Origin: Elusimicrobiota bacterium
Lineage (GTDB): Bacteria; Elusimicrobiota; Elusimicrobia; UBA1565
Reading direction: 5' to 3'
NCBI GenBank assembly: GCA_043827405.1
Contig: JBDRPD010000062.1
Span: 64,001 to 128,000, forward strand
Length of the DNA stretch: 64,000 nucleotides
In this document: piece after piece, positions 1-7,936 of the stretch
How positions within the stretch are numbered: position 1 is the stretch's first letter
Layout: each line of letters begins with the position of its first letter
Translations under genes and position numbers: made by a program
Notes under the pieces: generated by a model
Database searches by the model: none
What the model saw: the letters and a program-made list of their open reading frames with translations, nothing else
Told to the model about the DNA's origin: nothing

Positions 1-138
1 GCCGGTGCCGACGATCTCGCCGCCGCGTACGAGCACGCAGCCGACCATAGGATTGGGATGCGTGCCGCCAAGCCCCTTGACCGCCAGGGCGAGCGCCCGG
101 CGCATGTAATACTCATCGGTTTTGTCTGTTTTATTCAC
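1..138 (-). CDS. ribD: Riboflavin biosynthesis protein RibD, N-terminal part (runs off window start)
   Basis: Manual translation from GTG at 138: [53 protein letters not shown] and PNPxVGCV are the RibD deaminase N-terminal signature. Not in the ORF track. Confidence 0.9.
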   Translation of the reverse strand, partial: MNKTDKTDEYYMRRALALAVKGLGGTHPNPMVGCVLVRGGEIVGTG

Positions 139-271
139 GGGGCGGCGGCTCAAAGATCTTAGACTGCAACGTTTCCCGAAAAGGGTTTAAAATTATAGCA
201 AATTTATCTTCGTCGACAAGGGGAGGGAACTTCCCGGCTGCTCGCTTGTAGACATGGGGAGCGTGCAGCAG

Positions 272-300
272 TTGACAGGCTGTAAACTATAGTTTACACT
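272..300 (+). promoter_or_regulatory. Sigma70-like promoter with overlapping 18-bp palindromic operator of the TA operon
   Basis: TTGACA (272-277), 17-bp spacer, TACACT (295-300). Perfect palindrome TGTAAACTATAGTTTACA at 281-298. Confidence 0.8.
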
Positions 301-603
301 ATGCATATTCGATTAAGCTCGACGCCTGAGTTCGACGAGTGGCTGCGTGAGTCGGACGCCAAAAGCCGCGCGCAAGTGGATGATAGATTGGATCGGGTCC
401 GTGAGTATGGGCATTTCGGACCTAGGCGGTATTTCGGCGGCGAACTCTATGAGCTGAAATGGAAGAGCGGCAGGCGGGTGTATTACTCGCTGGTCGATGA
501 CGGGAGCGGCATCATCGTCCTGCTGCTTCTGGGCGGTGACAAGCATGGCCAAAAGAAAGACGTCGCAAAAGCGCGGAAAATCATGGAACGTGAAGCTGCG
601 TAA
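301..603 (+). CDS. Type II TA toxin, RelE/HigB-like 'addiction module killer' family
   Basis: 100 aa with FDEWL, GHFG, LYELKWKSGRRVYY and LLLLGGDK..QKKD motifs; followed by an HTH gene. Confidence 0.85.
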   Translation: MHIRLSSTPEFDEWLRESDAKSRAQVDDRLDRVREYGHFGPRRYFGGELYELKWKSGRRVYYSLVDDGSGIIVLLLLGGDKHGQKKDVAKARKIMEREAA

Positions 604-907
604 GCTAAAGCTTGACGCGATGGCGAGACCGTACGATCCGACCGTTAGCTTGCGGGATCCCAAATTAGTCCAGCAAGCCATCCTGCAAGCTCTGCGTGAA
701 GGCGACTTCGATGCTGTGATCAGCATTTACCGGGCGCATCTCAGAGTCCTTAACCGTTCCCGGACCGCCCGCGCCATGAATGTGTCTCGGCAGTACATCC
801 ATAGGATGCTCAGAGCTCCAAACACCCCTTCACTGCGGACATTCACCGCATTCATGCGGGCGCTGCATAGAGGGGGCGAATCGGTCCAGAAGTTTTCCGG
901 TGGTTAG
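545..907 (+). CDS. Cognate HTH antitoxin (addiction module antidote-like)
   Basis: C-terminal HTH-like NRSRTARAMNVSRQYIHRML..NTPSLRTF..MRAL. Start uncertain (ATG 545 chosen; GTG 590 or ATG 620 possible). Confidence 0.75.
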   Translation: MAKRKTSQKRGKSWNVKLRKLKLDAMARPYDPTVSLRDPKLVQQAILQALREGDFDAVISIYRAHLRVLNRSRTARAMNVSRQYIHRMLRAPNTPSLRTFTAFMRALHRGGESVQKFSGG

Positions 908-1695
908 AGTTTTCTGAGGACGTCTTTGATGACCCGTTCCAGGGTCTTGGGGTCGACGTCCTTGCCCCGGCTTTTAGGACAGGCGGCGCCGTATTCCAGC
1001 CCGGGAGTCGGGCAGTCGCTGCGCCGCGCCGGCGTCTCATCGAGCCCGAAGTAGTGGGCGCGGGCTTCCAGCAGTTTCTGCACGTCGCTTTCCTTCAGCT
1101 TCTGCTCGCGGCCGAGCTGCCGCGCGGTCAGCGTAATCTTGGCGCAGTGCTCGACGAGCTCCATCTTGGCGTAGGCGTCGTAGAGGCACTTGCCCATGGT
1201 CACCACGCCGTGGTTGGCCAGCAGGATCGCGTCGTTGTCCCGGGCCAAATCCTTGAGGGAATCCACCAGCTCGCTGGTGCCGGGCGTTCCGAAAGGCGCC
1301 AGCGGCGCGCAGCCCAGGGCTTCGACGAACTCCGCGACCAGCGGCTGGTTGAGCGGAATGCCGGCGCAGGCGAAGCCGGTGGCGGTGGCCGGATGCGCGT
1401 GGACTACCGCTTCCATCTCCGGACGGCTGCCGAGCAGCGCCAGGTGCATCTTGACTTCCGAGGTCGGCTTGCGGCCGCCCTGGAGGCGGCGGCCCTGCCG
1501 GTCGATGACGAGCAGGTCGCGCGGCTCGATCTGCCACTTGCCCATGCCCGTCGGCGTGATGAGGAAGCGCTTGGCGTCGAGGCGGACGCTGATATTGCCG
1601 GAAGTCCCGGGAGCGTAGTCTTTCTCCGAGAGCCGGCGGCAGTAGCGGACGATCTCCTCTCTCAGCTCCCGTTCGACGGGCCGCGGCGCGCTCAT
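904..1695 (-). CDS. Class II aldolase/adducin family protein (FucA/MtnB-like)
   Basis: GNISVR, ITPTG, PTSE..MH, VVHAH and LLANHG Zn-binding motifs; 4-nt overlap with era. Confidence 0.9.
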   Translation of the reverse strand: MSAPRPVERELREEIVRYCRRLSEKDYAPGTSGNISVRLDAKRFLITPTGMGKWQIEPRDLLVIDRQGRRLQGGRKPTSEVKMHLALLGSRPEMEAVVHAHPATATGFACAGIPLNQPLVAEFVEALGCAPLAPFGTPGTSELVDSLKDLARDNDAILLANHGVVTMGKCLYDAYAKMELVEHCAKITLTARQLGREQKLKESDVQKLLEARAHYFGLDETPARRSDCPTPGLEYGAACPKSRGKDVDPKTLERVIKDVLRKL

Positions 1696-2579
1696 ACGCT
1701 GTATCCTAGCTCTTTGAGCGCGCGCTTGTCCCGGCGCCAGTTCTTGCGGACTTTGACCCAGAGCCCCAGCTGGGTTTTGCGGCCGGTGAAATTCTCGATG
1801 GCGGTGCGGCTCTTGGCGGTCAGGTCGCGCAGGGCCGCGCCCTTGCGGCCGAGCAGAACGCCTTTTTGCGTCGGCCGCTCGACGTAGATCGTGGCCTCGA
1901 TCTCATCCGCCCGTCCCGGCCGTTCGCGGAATACTTCGATGGCGACGGCGCAGGCGTGGGGAATCTCCTGGCGGTACTGTTTGAAAATCTCCTCGCGGAT
2001 GAGCTCGGAAGCGAAAAAGCGCTCGTAGCGGTCCGACAGCCGGTCGCCGTCGTAAAAGGCGGGCGATTCCGGCAGCAGCCGCACGAGCGCCGCCTGCAGC
2101 TCCTCGATGCCGGTCTTCTTGAGGGCGCTGATAAACACCGTATCGCAGGGGGGGAGGACATCGCGGTAGATCTGCGCGGTCTTCTCCAGCCGGACCCGGT
2201 CGGGAACCAGATCGATCTTGTTGACCGCCAGTATCAGGGGCTTGCCGGCGGAGGCCAACCGCTGCAGCTGGGCCAGCGTCTCGGGCGTGGGCGGCTTGGG
2301 CTCGACCAGGAGCACCAGGATATCGGCGTCCTGCTTGGCGGCGGAGCGCGCCGACTTGATCAGCATGTCCTGGAGCTTGTCGTCGGCGTGTCCCAGCCAG
2401 CCGGGGGTGTCCTGGAAGCAGATCTGATAGCCCTTGCCGTTGAGGATGCCGATAATCTTGTGCCGGGTGGTCTGCGGGCTGGGCGAGACGATGGAGAGCC
2501 GGAACTTGAGCAGGGCGTTGAGCAAGGTCGACTTGCCGGCGTTGGGGACGCCGATCAGGGCGACGAAGCCGGCTTTCAT
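1692..2579 (-). CDS. era: GTPase Era
   Basis: GFVALIGVPNAGKSTLLN, PQTTR, DTPG, NKID, EIPH and C-terminal KH domain (LWVKVRKNW). Start ATG 2579 (2600 possible). Confidence 0.97.
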   Translation of the reverse strand: MKAGFVALIGVPNAGKSTLLNALLKFRLSIVSPSPQTTRHKIIGILNGKGYQICFQDTPGWLGHADDKLQDMLIKSARSAAKQDADILVLLVEPKPPTPETLAQLQRLASAGKPLILAVNKIDLVPDRVRLEKTAQIYRDVLPPCDTVFISALKKTGIEELQAALVRLLPESPAFYDGDRLSDRYERFFASELIREEIFKQYRQEIPHACAVAIEVFRERPGRADEIEATIYVERPTQKGVLLGRKGAALRDLTAKSRTAIENFTGRKTQLGLWVKVRKNWRRDKRALKELGYSV

Positions 2580-2836
2580 AGGATATGGCCCAGCATGCAT
2601 AGAGCATAGCCAACACGGGCGGGGATGCGCTAGGGGGGGGGATTAGAATCGCTTATTAAGAAAGTGCTTGTGAAAAACGGCGCTACCGCGCCAGGGGGCG
2701 GCTTAAGTTCGGCGGGAAGGGACGGCGGCGAGGACCACGGCGTCGGCGTCGCGCGCGGCGTACTCTACCGGTGCCCGCATTCTGCATGGATCGCACCGAG
2801 GTGACGAACGCTGCTTCGCGAAGGGGAGAGCGGTTC

Positions 2837-2960
2837 TATCGGGTATAGAAATCAGTATTGCCTTGACAAAGAGGCGATTTAGGGTATAATAATAATGAAA
2901 CTATACCCGATATAGCCTATTACTGTTAAACATCATATAAATTGCATCCGAACGGGTATA
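2837..2960 (+). promoter_or_regulatory. Consensus sigma70 promoter of the hip operon with repeated GGGTATA/TATACCC operator half-sites
   Basis: TTGACA 2863-2868, 16-bp spacer, TATAAT 2885-2890. 12-bp inverted pair TATCGGGTATAG (2837-2848)/CTATACCCGATA (2901-2912). Imperfect palindrome TGCATCCGAACGGGTATA 2943-2960. Confidence 0.8.
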
Positions 2961-2971
2961 GTTCGATCAAT

Positions 2972-3181
2972 ATGAAAAAGAACCCTATGGCTGATTTTGT
3001 GCGAGAAAAGAGGCGCAGCGCCGGTCTCACGCAGACCGAGCTTGCAGCCAAGGCCGGTGTCGGGCTTCGCTTCATTCGAGACTTCGAACAGGGCAAGCCG
3101 TCCCTGCGCACGGACACAGTGAACAAGGTGCTGTTCCTCTTCGGAAAATGCCTCGGACCGATCGATCTGCCCCGCGAGTAG
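2972..3181 (+). CDS. HipB-like XRE HTH regulator/antitoxin
   Basis: VREKRRSAGLTQTELAAKAGVGLRFIRDFEQGK.SLR.D.VNKVL: XRE/y4mF-type HTH. Confidence 0.9.
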   Translation: MKKNPMADFVREKRRSAGLTQTELAAKAGVGLRFIRDFEQGKPSLRTDTVNKVLFLFGKCLGPIDLPRE

Positions 3182-3186
3182 CGACT

Positions 3187-3534
3187 ATGGAAAAGAACGA
3201 GGAGCGCGCCATCGTCTATTACGGCGACAAGGAAGCCGGCGAGCTGACCAAGAAGCCGAGCGGATTTGAATTCGCCTACAGGCGCGAGTACCTGAGCGAC
3301 CCGGATTCAATGCCGATCAGCTTAGCCATGCCTTTGACCGGAGAAATATACGAGTCGAGCGTCCTCTTTCCGTTTTTCGACGGCTTGCTTCCGGAAGGCT
3401 GGCTTCTCGATCTCACCTGCACGTCGGCCAAAATCGACAAGAACGACAAGTTCCGTCTCTTGCTTCACACCGGCAAAGATCCCGTAGGCGCCATCAGCAT
3501 CCGGCCCGCGGACCAGGAGCATCATGGCGATTAG
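3187..3534 (+). CDS. Stand-alone HipA N-terminal domain protein (HipS-like)
   Basis: AGEL, F.FAY..EYL, PISLAMPL, LFPFFDGLLPEGWLL and D.VGAISI motifs. Confidence 0.88.
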   Translation: MEKNEERAIVYYGDKEAGELTKKPSGFEFAYRREYLSDPDSMPISLAMPLTGEIYESSVLFPFFDGLLPEGWLLDLTCTSAKIDKNDKFRLLLHTGKDPVGAISIRPADQEHHGD

Positions 3535-4444
3535 ATGCCTGTGCTGCCAGCTCCTCCTCAAAGAAGAGGGGCGCTATCACGTGAAGTGCCTCAAGGCGCT
3601 GTGGGGTAAGCCCATTGTCCCGAAAATCTCATTTGCCCTGGCCGATCTGCCGTCGAAGGTCACTACCGCCGAGGATCACATGTCGATCTCCGGGGTTCAG
3701 GTCAAGGCGCTCGTGCGGCTGAGCCGGGACGCGTCCGAAATCGAGACCGCGCCCAACGGCAGCACTCATATCATGAAGCCGGAGCCCAACGAGTATCCAG
3801 GCCTGCCCCAAATGGAGAACGCCTGCATGAGCATGGCGGCGACGCTGGGGATGCCCGTCCCTCCGCATGGCTTGTTCCCCATGTCGGACGGCCGGCTTTG
3901 CTACATCGTCAAGCGGTTCGACAGGACGGAGGATGGCGGCAAGATTCAGAAGGAGACGATGTTTCAGCTGCTCGGCGCGACCGACAAGTATTCGGGGTCG
4001 CTGGAATCCGTCGGAAAGGCGATCCGCGCGCATGCCGAAAACGTCGGTCTCGACACCATCGACTTCTTCGAACGGGTCCTCTTCTGTTTTTTGACCGGGA
4101 ACGGGGACATGCACCTAAAAAATTGGGCGCTCCTCATCCGCGACAAGAAGGCGTCTCTGGCCCCCTGCTACGATTTGGTCGCGTCGAAGGTCTACCTCGC
4201 GAATGAGGAAGATTCGGCGCTGATGATTAACGCCAAGAAGAACAAGCTCAAAAGATCGGACTTCGAAGCGTTTTCCAACTATCTCAAGATTGATCCGAAG
4301 GCGGCGGCGAACGTTTTCGAAAAACTGAAGGGCGCACGGGAACGACTTCGGGAGATGTGCGTTTTTTCCGAACTCAACCCGTCGCTGGGGCAACAATTCG
4401 AGGACGTGATGGCAACACGCTTCAAACGCTTCTATTTGGCTTAG
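3524..4444 (+). CDS. HipA-family kinase toxin (HipT-like)
   Basis: SISGVQVK, IMKP, YIVKRFDR, GNGDMHLKN, LAPCYDL; N-terminal CLCC..YHVKC motif. Confidence 0.92.
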   Translation: MAIRCLCCQLLLKEEGRYHVKCLKALWGKPIVPKISFALADLPSKVTTAEDHMSISGVQVKALVRLSRDASEIETAPNGSTHIMKPEPNEYPGLPQMENACMSMAATLGMPVPPHGLFPMSDGRLCYIVKRFDRTEDGGKIQKETMFQLLGATDKYSGSLESVGKAIRAHAENVGLDTIDFFERVLFCFLTGNGDMHLKNWALLIRDKKASLAPCYDLVASKVYLANEEDSALMINAKKNKLKRSDFEAFSNYLKIDPKAAANVFEKLKGARERLREMCVFSELNPSLGQQFEDVMATRFKRFYLA

Positions 4445-4667
4445 GAGGACGCGCGAATACGTCTCGGTGCGCCATCGCCCCGAGCGGCCAACCCGTCAAT
4501 ATATCAAGGGGAAACTAAGACGGGACCACCCGCTCCGACAGGACCATCTCCGACCCGCAGCGCGGACAGCCCGACTGCCGGGTCGATAAGTTCCCCTGGA
4601 CCGGTTGCTGCCCCCCCTGAATTAGGCTAGAATGCAGCCCTGTCTGATTTTTCGTCTGGAGGGATTT

Positions 4668-5414
4668 ATGGGCCTGCTGCCAATTATCGTCATCGTCGCC
4701 GTCTTCCTTTTCTCGGCCGTCAAGATACTCAATGAATACGAGCGCGGCGTCATCTTCACGCTCGGCAAGTATGACGGCGTGAAGGGGCCGGGGCTCATTA
4801 TCGTCGTCCCGCTCATTCAGGCGATGACGCGCATCAGCCTGCGGACCATAGTCCTCGACGTGCCCCCGCAGGACGTCATCACCCGCGACAATGTGACGGT
4901 CAAGGTCAACGCCGTCGTCTACTACCGCGTCATGCAGGCCAACAAGGCCGTCATCGAGGTCGAGAACTACTACTACGCGACCAGCCAGCTGGCGCAGACC
5001 ACGCTGCGCGGCGTGCTCGGCAAGATGGACCTCGATCATCTGCTGTCGGAACGCGAGAAGATCAACGTCGAGCTGCAGCGCATCCTCGACCAGGATACCG
5101 AGCCGTGGGGCGTCAAGGTTTCGAAGGTCGAGGTCAAGAACGTCGATCTGCCGGAGAATATGCAGCGCGCCATGGCCAAGCAGGCCGAGGCCGAGCGCGA
5201 GCGCCGGGCCAAGGTCATTCATGCCGAGGGCGAGCTGCAGGCCTCATACAAGCTGGCCGAGGCCGCCGAAGTCATGGCGAAAAACCCGGCCGCGCTGCAG
5301 CTGCGCTACCTGCAGACGCTCGTCGAGATCTCCGTCGATAAGAACTCAACCGTCGTCTTTCCCTTGCCGCTCGACTTCATGCAGGGGCTGATGAAGAAGC
5401 TGAACGCGAGCTAA
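4668..5414 (+). CDS. SPFH/band-7 stomatin-like (slipin) membrane protein
   Basis: N-terminal [62 protein letters not shown] upstream of ATG 4668. Confidence 0.95.
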   Translation: MGLLPIIVIVAVFLFSAVKILNEYERGVIFTLGKYDGVKGPGLIIVVPLIQAMTRISLRTIVLDVPPQDVITRDNVTVKVNAVVYYRVMQANKAVIEVENYYYATSQLAQTTLRGVLGKMDLDHLLSEREKINVELQRILDQDTEPWGVKVSKVEVKNVDLPENMQRAMAKQAEAERERRAKVIHAEGELQASYKLAEAAEVMAKNPAALQLRYLQTLVEISVDKNSTVVFPLPLDFMQGLMKKLNAS

Positions 5415-5436
5415 AGCCGCGGCCGTCGAGGACGCA

Positions 5437-6561
5437 GTGCATCGTCGAGAACCGCTGGGACTCTACGTCCATGTTCCGTTCTGCGCCGTCAAGTGCTTCT
5501 ACTGCGACTTCGTTGCCTTTTCCGGCCAGGGCGGCCGGGTCGACCGCTACCTGGACGCCGTGCTCTGCGAGTCGCGGATGCGCGGCGGCGCGTCTCCCGA
5601 CACCCTCTATATCGGCGGCGGTACCCCGAGCGAGCTGAGCGCGGACCAGCTGCGGCGCCTGCTGGCGGGACTGGACTTGCCGGAGCTGCGCGAAGCGACC
5701 TTCGAGGCGAACCCGGAAAGCATGGACGAAGAGAAGCTCGACGTTCTGGCGCGCGGCGGCGTTACCCGACTCAGCCTCGGCCTGCAGGCCGCGCAGGAGC
5801 GGCTGCTGCGAACGCTCGGCCGGCGCCATTCCTGGGGTGATTTCGCCCGCGTCTTCGCGGCGGCGCGCGCGCGCGGCCTCGCCGTGAACGTGGACCTGAT
5901 GTGCGGGCTGCCCGGACAGAGCCGCGCCGACTCCGGCGAGAGCATCGACCGGGTTCTGGCGCTGGCGCCGGAGCATGTGTCGCTCTACGGGCTGTCGGTG
6001 GAGGACCGGACGCTGTTCAAGAAACGCGCGGTTCAAGTTGATGAGGACGAGAGCCGGCGGATGCTGGAAGACGCGCATGCCCGGCTTGCCCGCGCGGGCC
6101 TGCGCCACTACGAAATATCCAACTTCGCCCGGCCGGGAGCCGAGTCCAGGCACAATATCAACTACTGGCGCAACGGCTCCTATGTCGGGCTCGGCTGCGG
6201 CGCGGCGGGCTTCATCGGCGGAACGCGCTACAACAACGAGGAGACGCTGTCCCGGTACCTCGACCGGGTCGACCGCGGGGAGCGCCCCGTCGCCTCGTCG
6301 GAGCGGCTGAAGGGCAAGGAGAAGGCGGGGGAGACGCTGCTGCTCGGGCTGCGCCTCATCGACGGGATCGGTTTGGCGCCTGGGGTGCAGGAGATGTTCC
6401 GGCCGGAGCTCGAAGGGCTGCTCGCGCGCGGGCTGGTGGAGCTCGCGGGCGGCTGCTCGCGCTCCTTGCCGCGGCTGCGGCTGACGAGGGAAGGGCTGTT
6501 TTTGTCCAATGAAGTTTTTCGCGAGTTCGTCCCGCCGTATGCGGACGCGGAGCGGACATAG
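5437..6561 (+). CDS. hemW: Radical SAM heme chaperone HemW (HemN-like)
   Basis: LYVHVPFCAVKCFYCDF, YIGGGTPS, YEISNFA and HNINYW (HNxxYW is the HemW hallmark). Confidence 0.9.
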   Translation: MHRREPLGLYVHVPFCAVKCFYCDFVAFSGQGGRVDRYLDAVLCESRMRGGASPDTLYIGGGTPSELSADQLRRLLAGLDLPELREATFEANPESMDEEKLDVLARGGVTRLSLGLQAAQERLLRTLGRRHSWGDFARVFAAARARGLAVNVDLMCGLPGQSRADSGESIDRVLALAPEHVSLYGLSVEDRTLFKKRAVQVDEDESRRMLEDAHARLARAGLRHYEISNFARPGAESRHNINYWRNGSYVGLGCGAAGFIGGTRYNNEETLSRYLDRVDRGERPVASSERLKGKEKAGETLLLGLRLIDGIGLAPGVQEMFRPELEGLLARGLVELAGGCSRSLPRLRLTREGLFLSNEVFREFVPPYADAERT

Positions 6562-6627
6562 GCGAGGGTAAATTTATGGTTAAGAGCCCTTGTAAAGGTC
6601 CGTCTTGCCCTCCATAATATTGCCGAC

Positions 6628-7818
6628 ATGGATACCATAAGAAATCAGCTGTTGAGCGGTGCCGTGACGTTGAGCCTGGTTCTCGTTTGCGCCGCGGCGG
6701 CGCGCGCCGGTGATGCCGACAGCGATCTGCTGCGCGCCGCGCTGACCCTGCGGCAGAAGACCTACAGCGCGGCCCAAGCGGTCAAGAAGGCCGATGACAA
6801 GCTGATGCAGAGCCTCTACGCCGTGCCGACTGCCGAGGGGGTTTTGGTCGATATCCATATCGCGCTCAGCGGCATCTCTCCCGACAGCTCGCGCTACTAT
6901 GGGGGGCTCGGGCCCGAGCTGTTCGCCGCGCGGCAGAAGCTGGAGCAGGGCATCCAGGATTTGGCGCAGGCGCCCAAGAACTGCGAGGCCGGTTCGCTGT
7001 CGCGCTGGCAGCTCGCCGTCGCCGGGCGGCGCAGCGTCGAGGACGCCGTCGGCATGGCCAGCCGGGCGCGCATGCGCGTGAGCCAGCTGTCCGGACTGGA
7101 GGCGAAGCTGTCTCCCATCGTCTTCGAGCTGCGCAAGAAAACGCGCTGGAGCGCGGATGCGAGCAAGCTCGACCGCCTGCGCCTGGACATCAAGGGCGCG
7201 CTGGAGAGCGCCGCCAAGTATCTCGACGCCGGTCTCAACAACGAGGCCTTGCACGATATCGACATCGGCCGCAGCGCCCAGTGTCCCGATTTCGCGATGC
7301 CGCAGATTGAAGAGTCGCTGACTTCGTCTTCGCCGGCGGTTCCGTTCGGGCAGACCGCCAGCCCGCGCGCCGCGCAGGCGCTGGCCTGGTCCGCCGAGCA
7401 GATGCCGGGCGGCAAGGGGACGGGCGTCAACCGCAACAACGGCCAGAGTACCGCCAAGAGTCAGAACGCCTGGAACTCCTGGTGCCTGGCTTTCGTGGCG
7501 ACCGCCTACGGCCGGGACGTGGAGGAACTGCGGGCGCCGAGCGCGATCTCTTCCTATAAGAAGTTCGTCCGCGCGGGCAAGCTGGTCAACTCGCGCAGCG
7601 GCATCCCGGCGGGCGCCCCGGTTTTCTTCAAGGCTACGCGGGGCAACAACTACTGGGGACATATCGCGATATTCACCGGCCGCTACACCGAGAGCGGAGA
7701 GCCCATCATCCGCACCACCGGCTGGGGCAGTTGGCCGGGCATCCACGAGATTACCCTGGCGGAAATGGAGCGCAAGGGCGGCACCACCTATACGGGTTTC
7801 GGCGTCGTCACGCCGTGA
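6628..7818 (+). CDS. Secreted protein with C-terminal CHAP/NlpC-P60-like cysteine hydrolase domain
   Basis: Signal-peptide-like N-terminus ending ARA; helical middle region; C-terminal WCLAFV..AYG, PAGAPVFF, WGHIAI (Cys-His dyad pattern). Confidence 0.6.
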   Translation: MDTIRNQLLSGAVTLSLVLVCAAAARAGDADSDLLRAALTLRQKTYSAAQAVKKADDKLMQSLYAVPTAEGVLVDIHIALSGISPDSSRYYGGLGPELFAARQKLEQGIQDLAQAPKNCEAGSLSRWQLAVAGRRSVEDAVGMASRARMRVSQLSGLEAKLSPIVFELRKKTRWSADASKLDRLRLDIKGALESAAKYLDAGLNNEALHDIDIGRSAQCPDFAMPQIEESLTSSSPAVPFGQTASPRAAQALAWSAEQMPGGKGTGVNRNNGQSTAKSQNAWNSWCLAFVATAYGRDVEELRAPSAISSYKKFVRAGKLVNSRSGIPAGAPVFFKATRGNNYWGHIAIFTGRYTESGEPIIRTTGWGSWPGIHEITLAEMERKGGTTYTGFGVVTP

Positions 7819-7936
7819 CCTGATCCCGCTCCGTCTCCGCTTGACTGAACTGTCCTTCCTATTTTGATATCCTTCTATTGAGCCGTATTGGCCCTCCGTA
7901 CACTTTTCACGAACATAAACCGATGGGGGTATAGTC

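Noticed and set aside
139..300. FMN riboswitch upstream of ribD
   Set aside because: No RFN consensus (AGGGCGGGG.GAAATTCCC.ACCGGCGG) on the minus strand; the region holds the divergent TA promoter.
2600..2830. Possible ncRNA in the era-hipB intergenic region
   Set aside because: GC-rich with weak hairpins, but no recognisable tRNA, riboswitch or other family signature.
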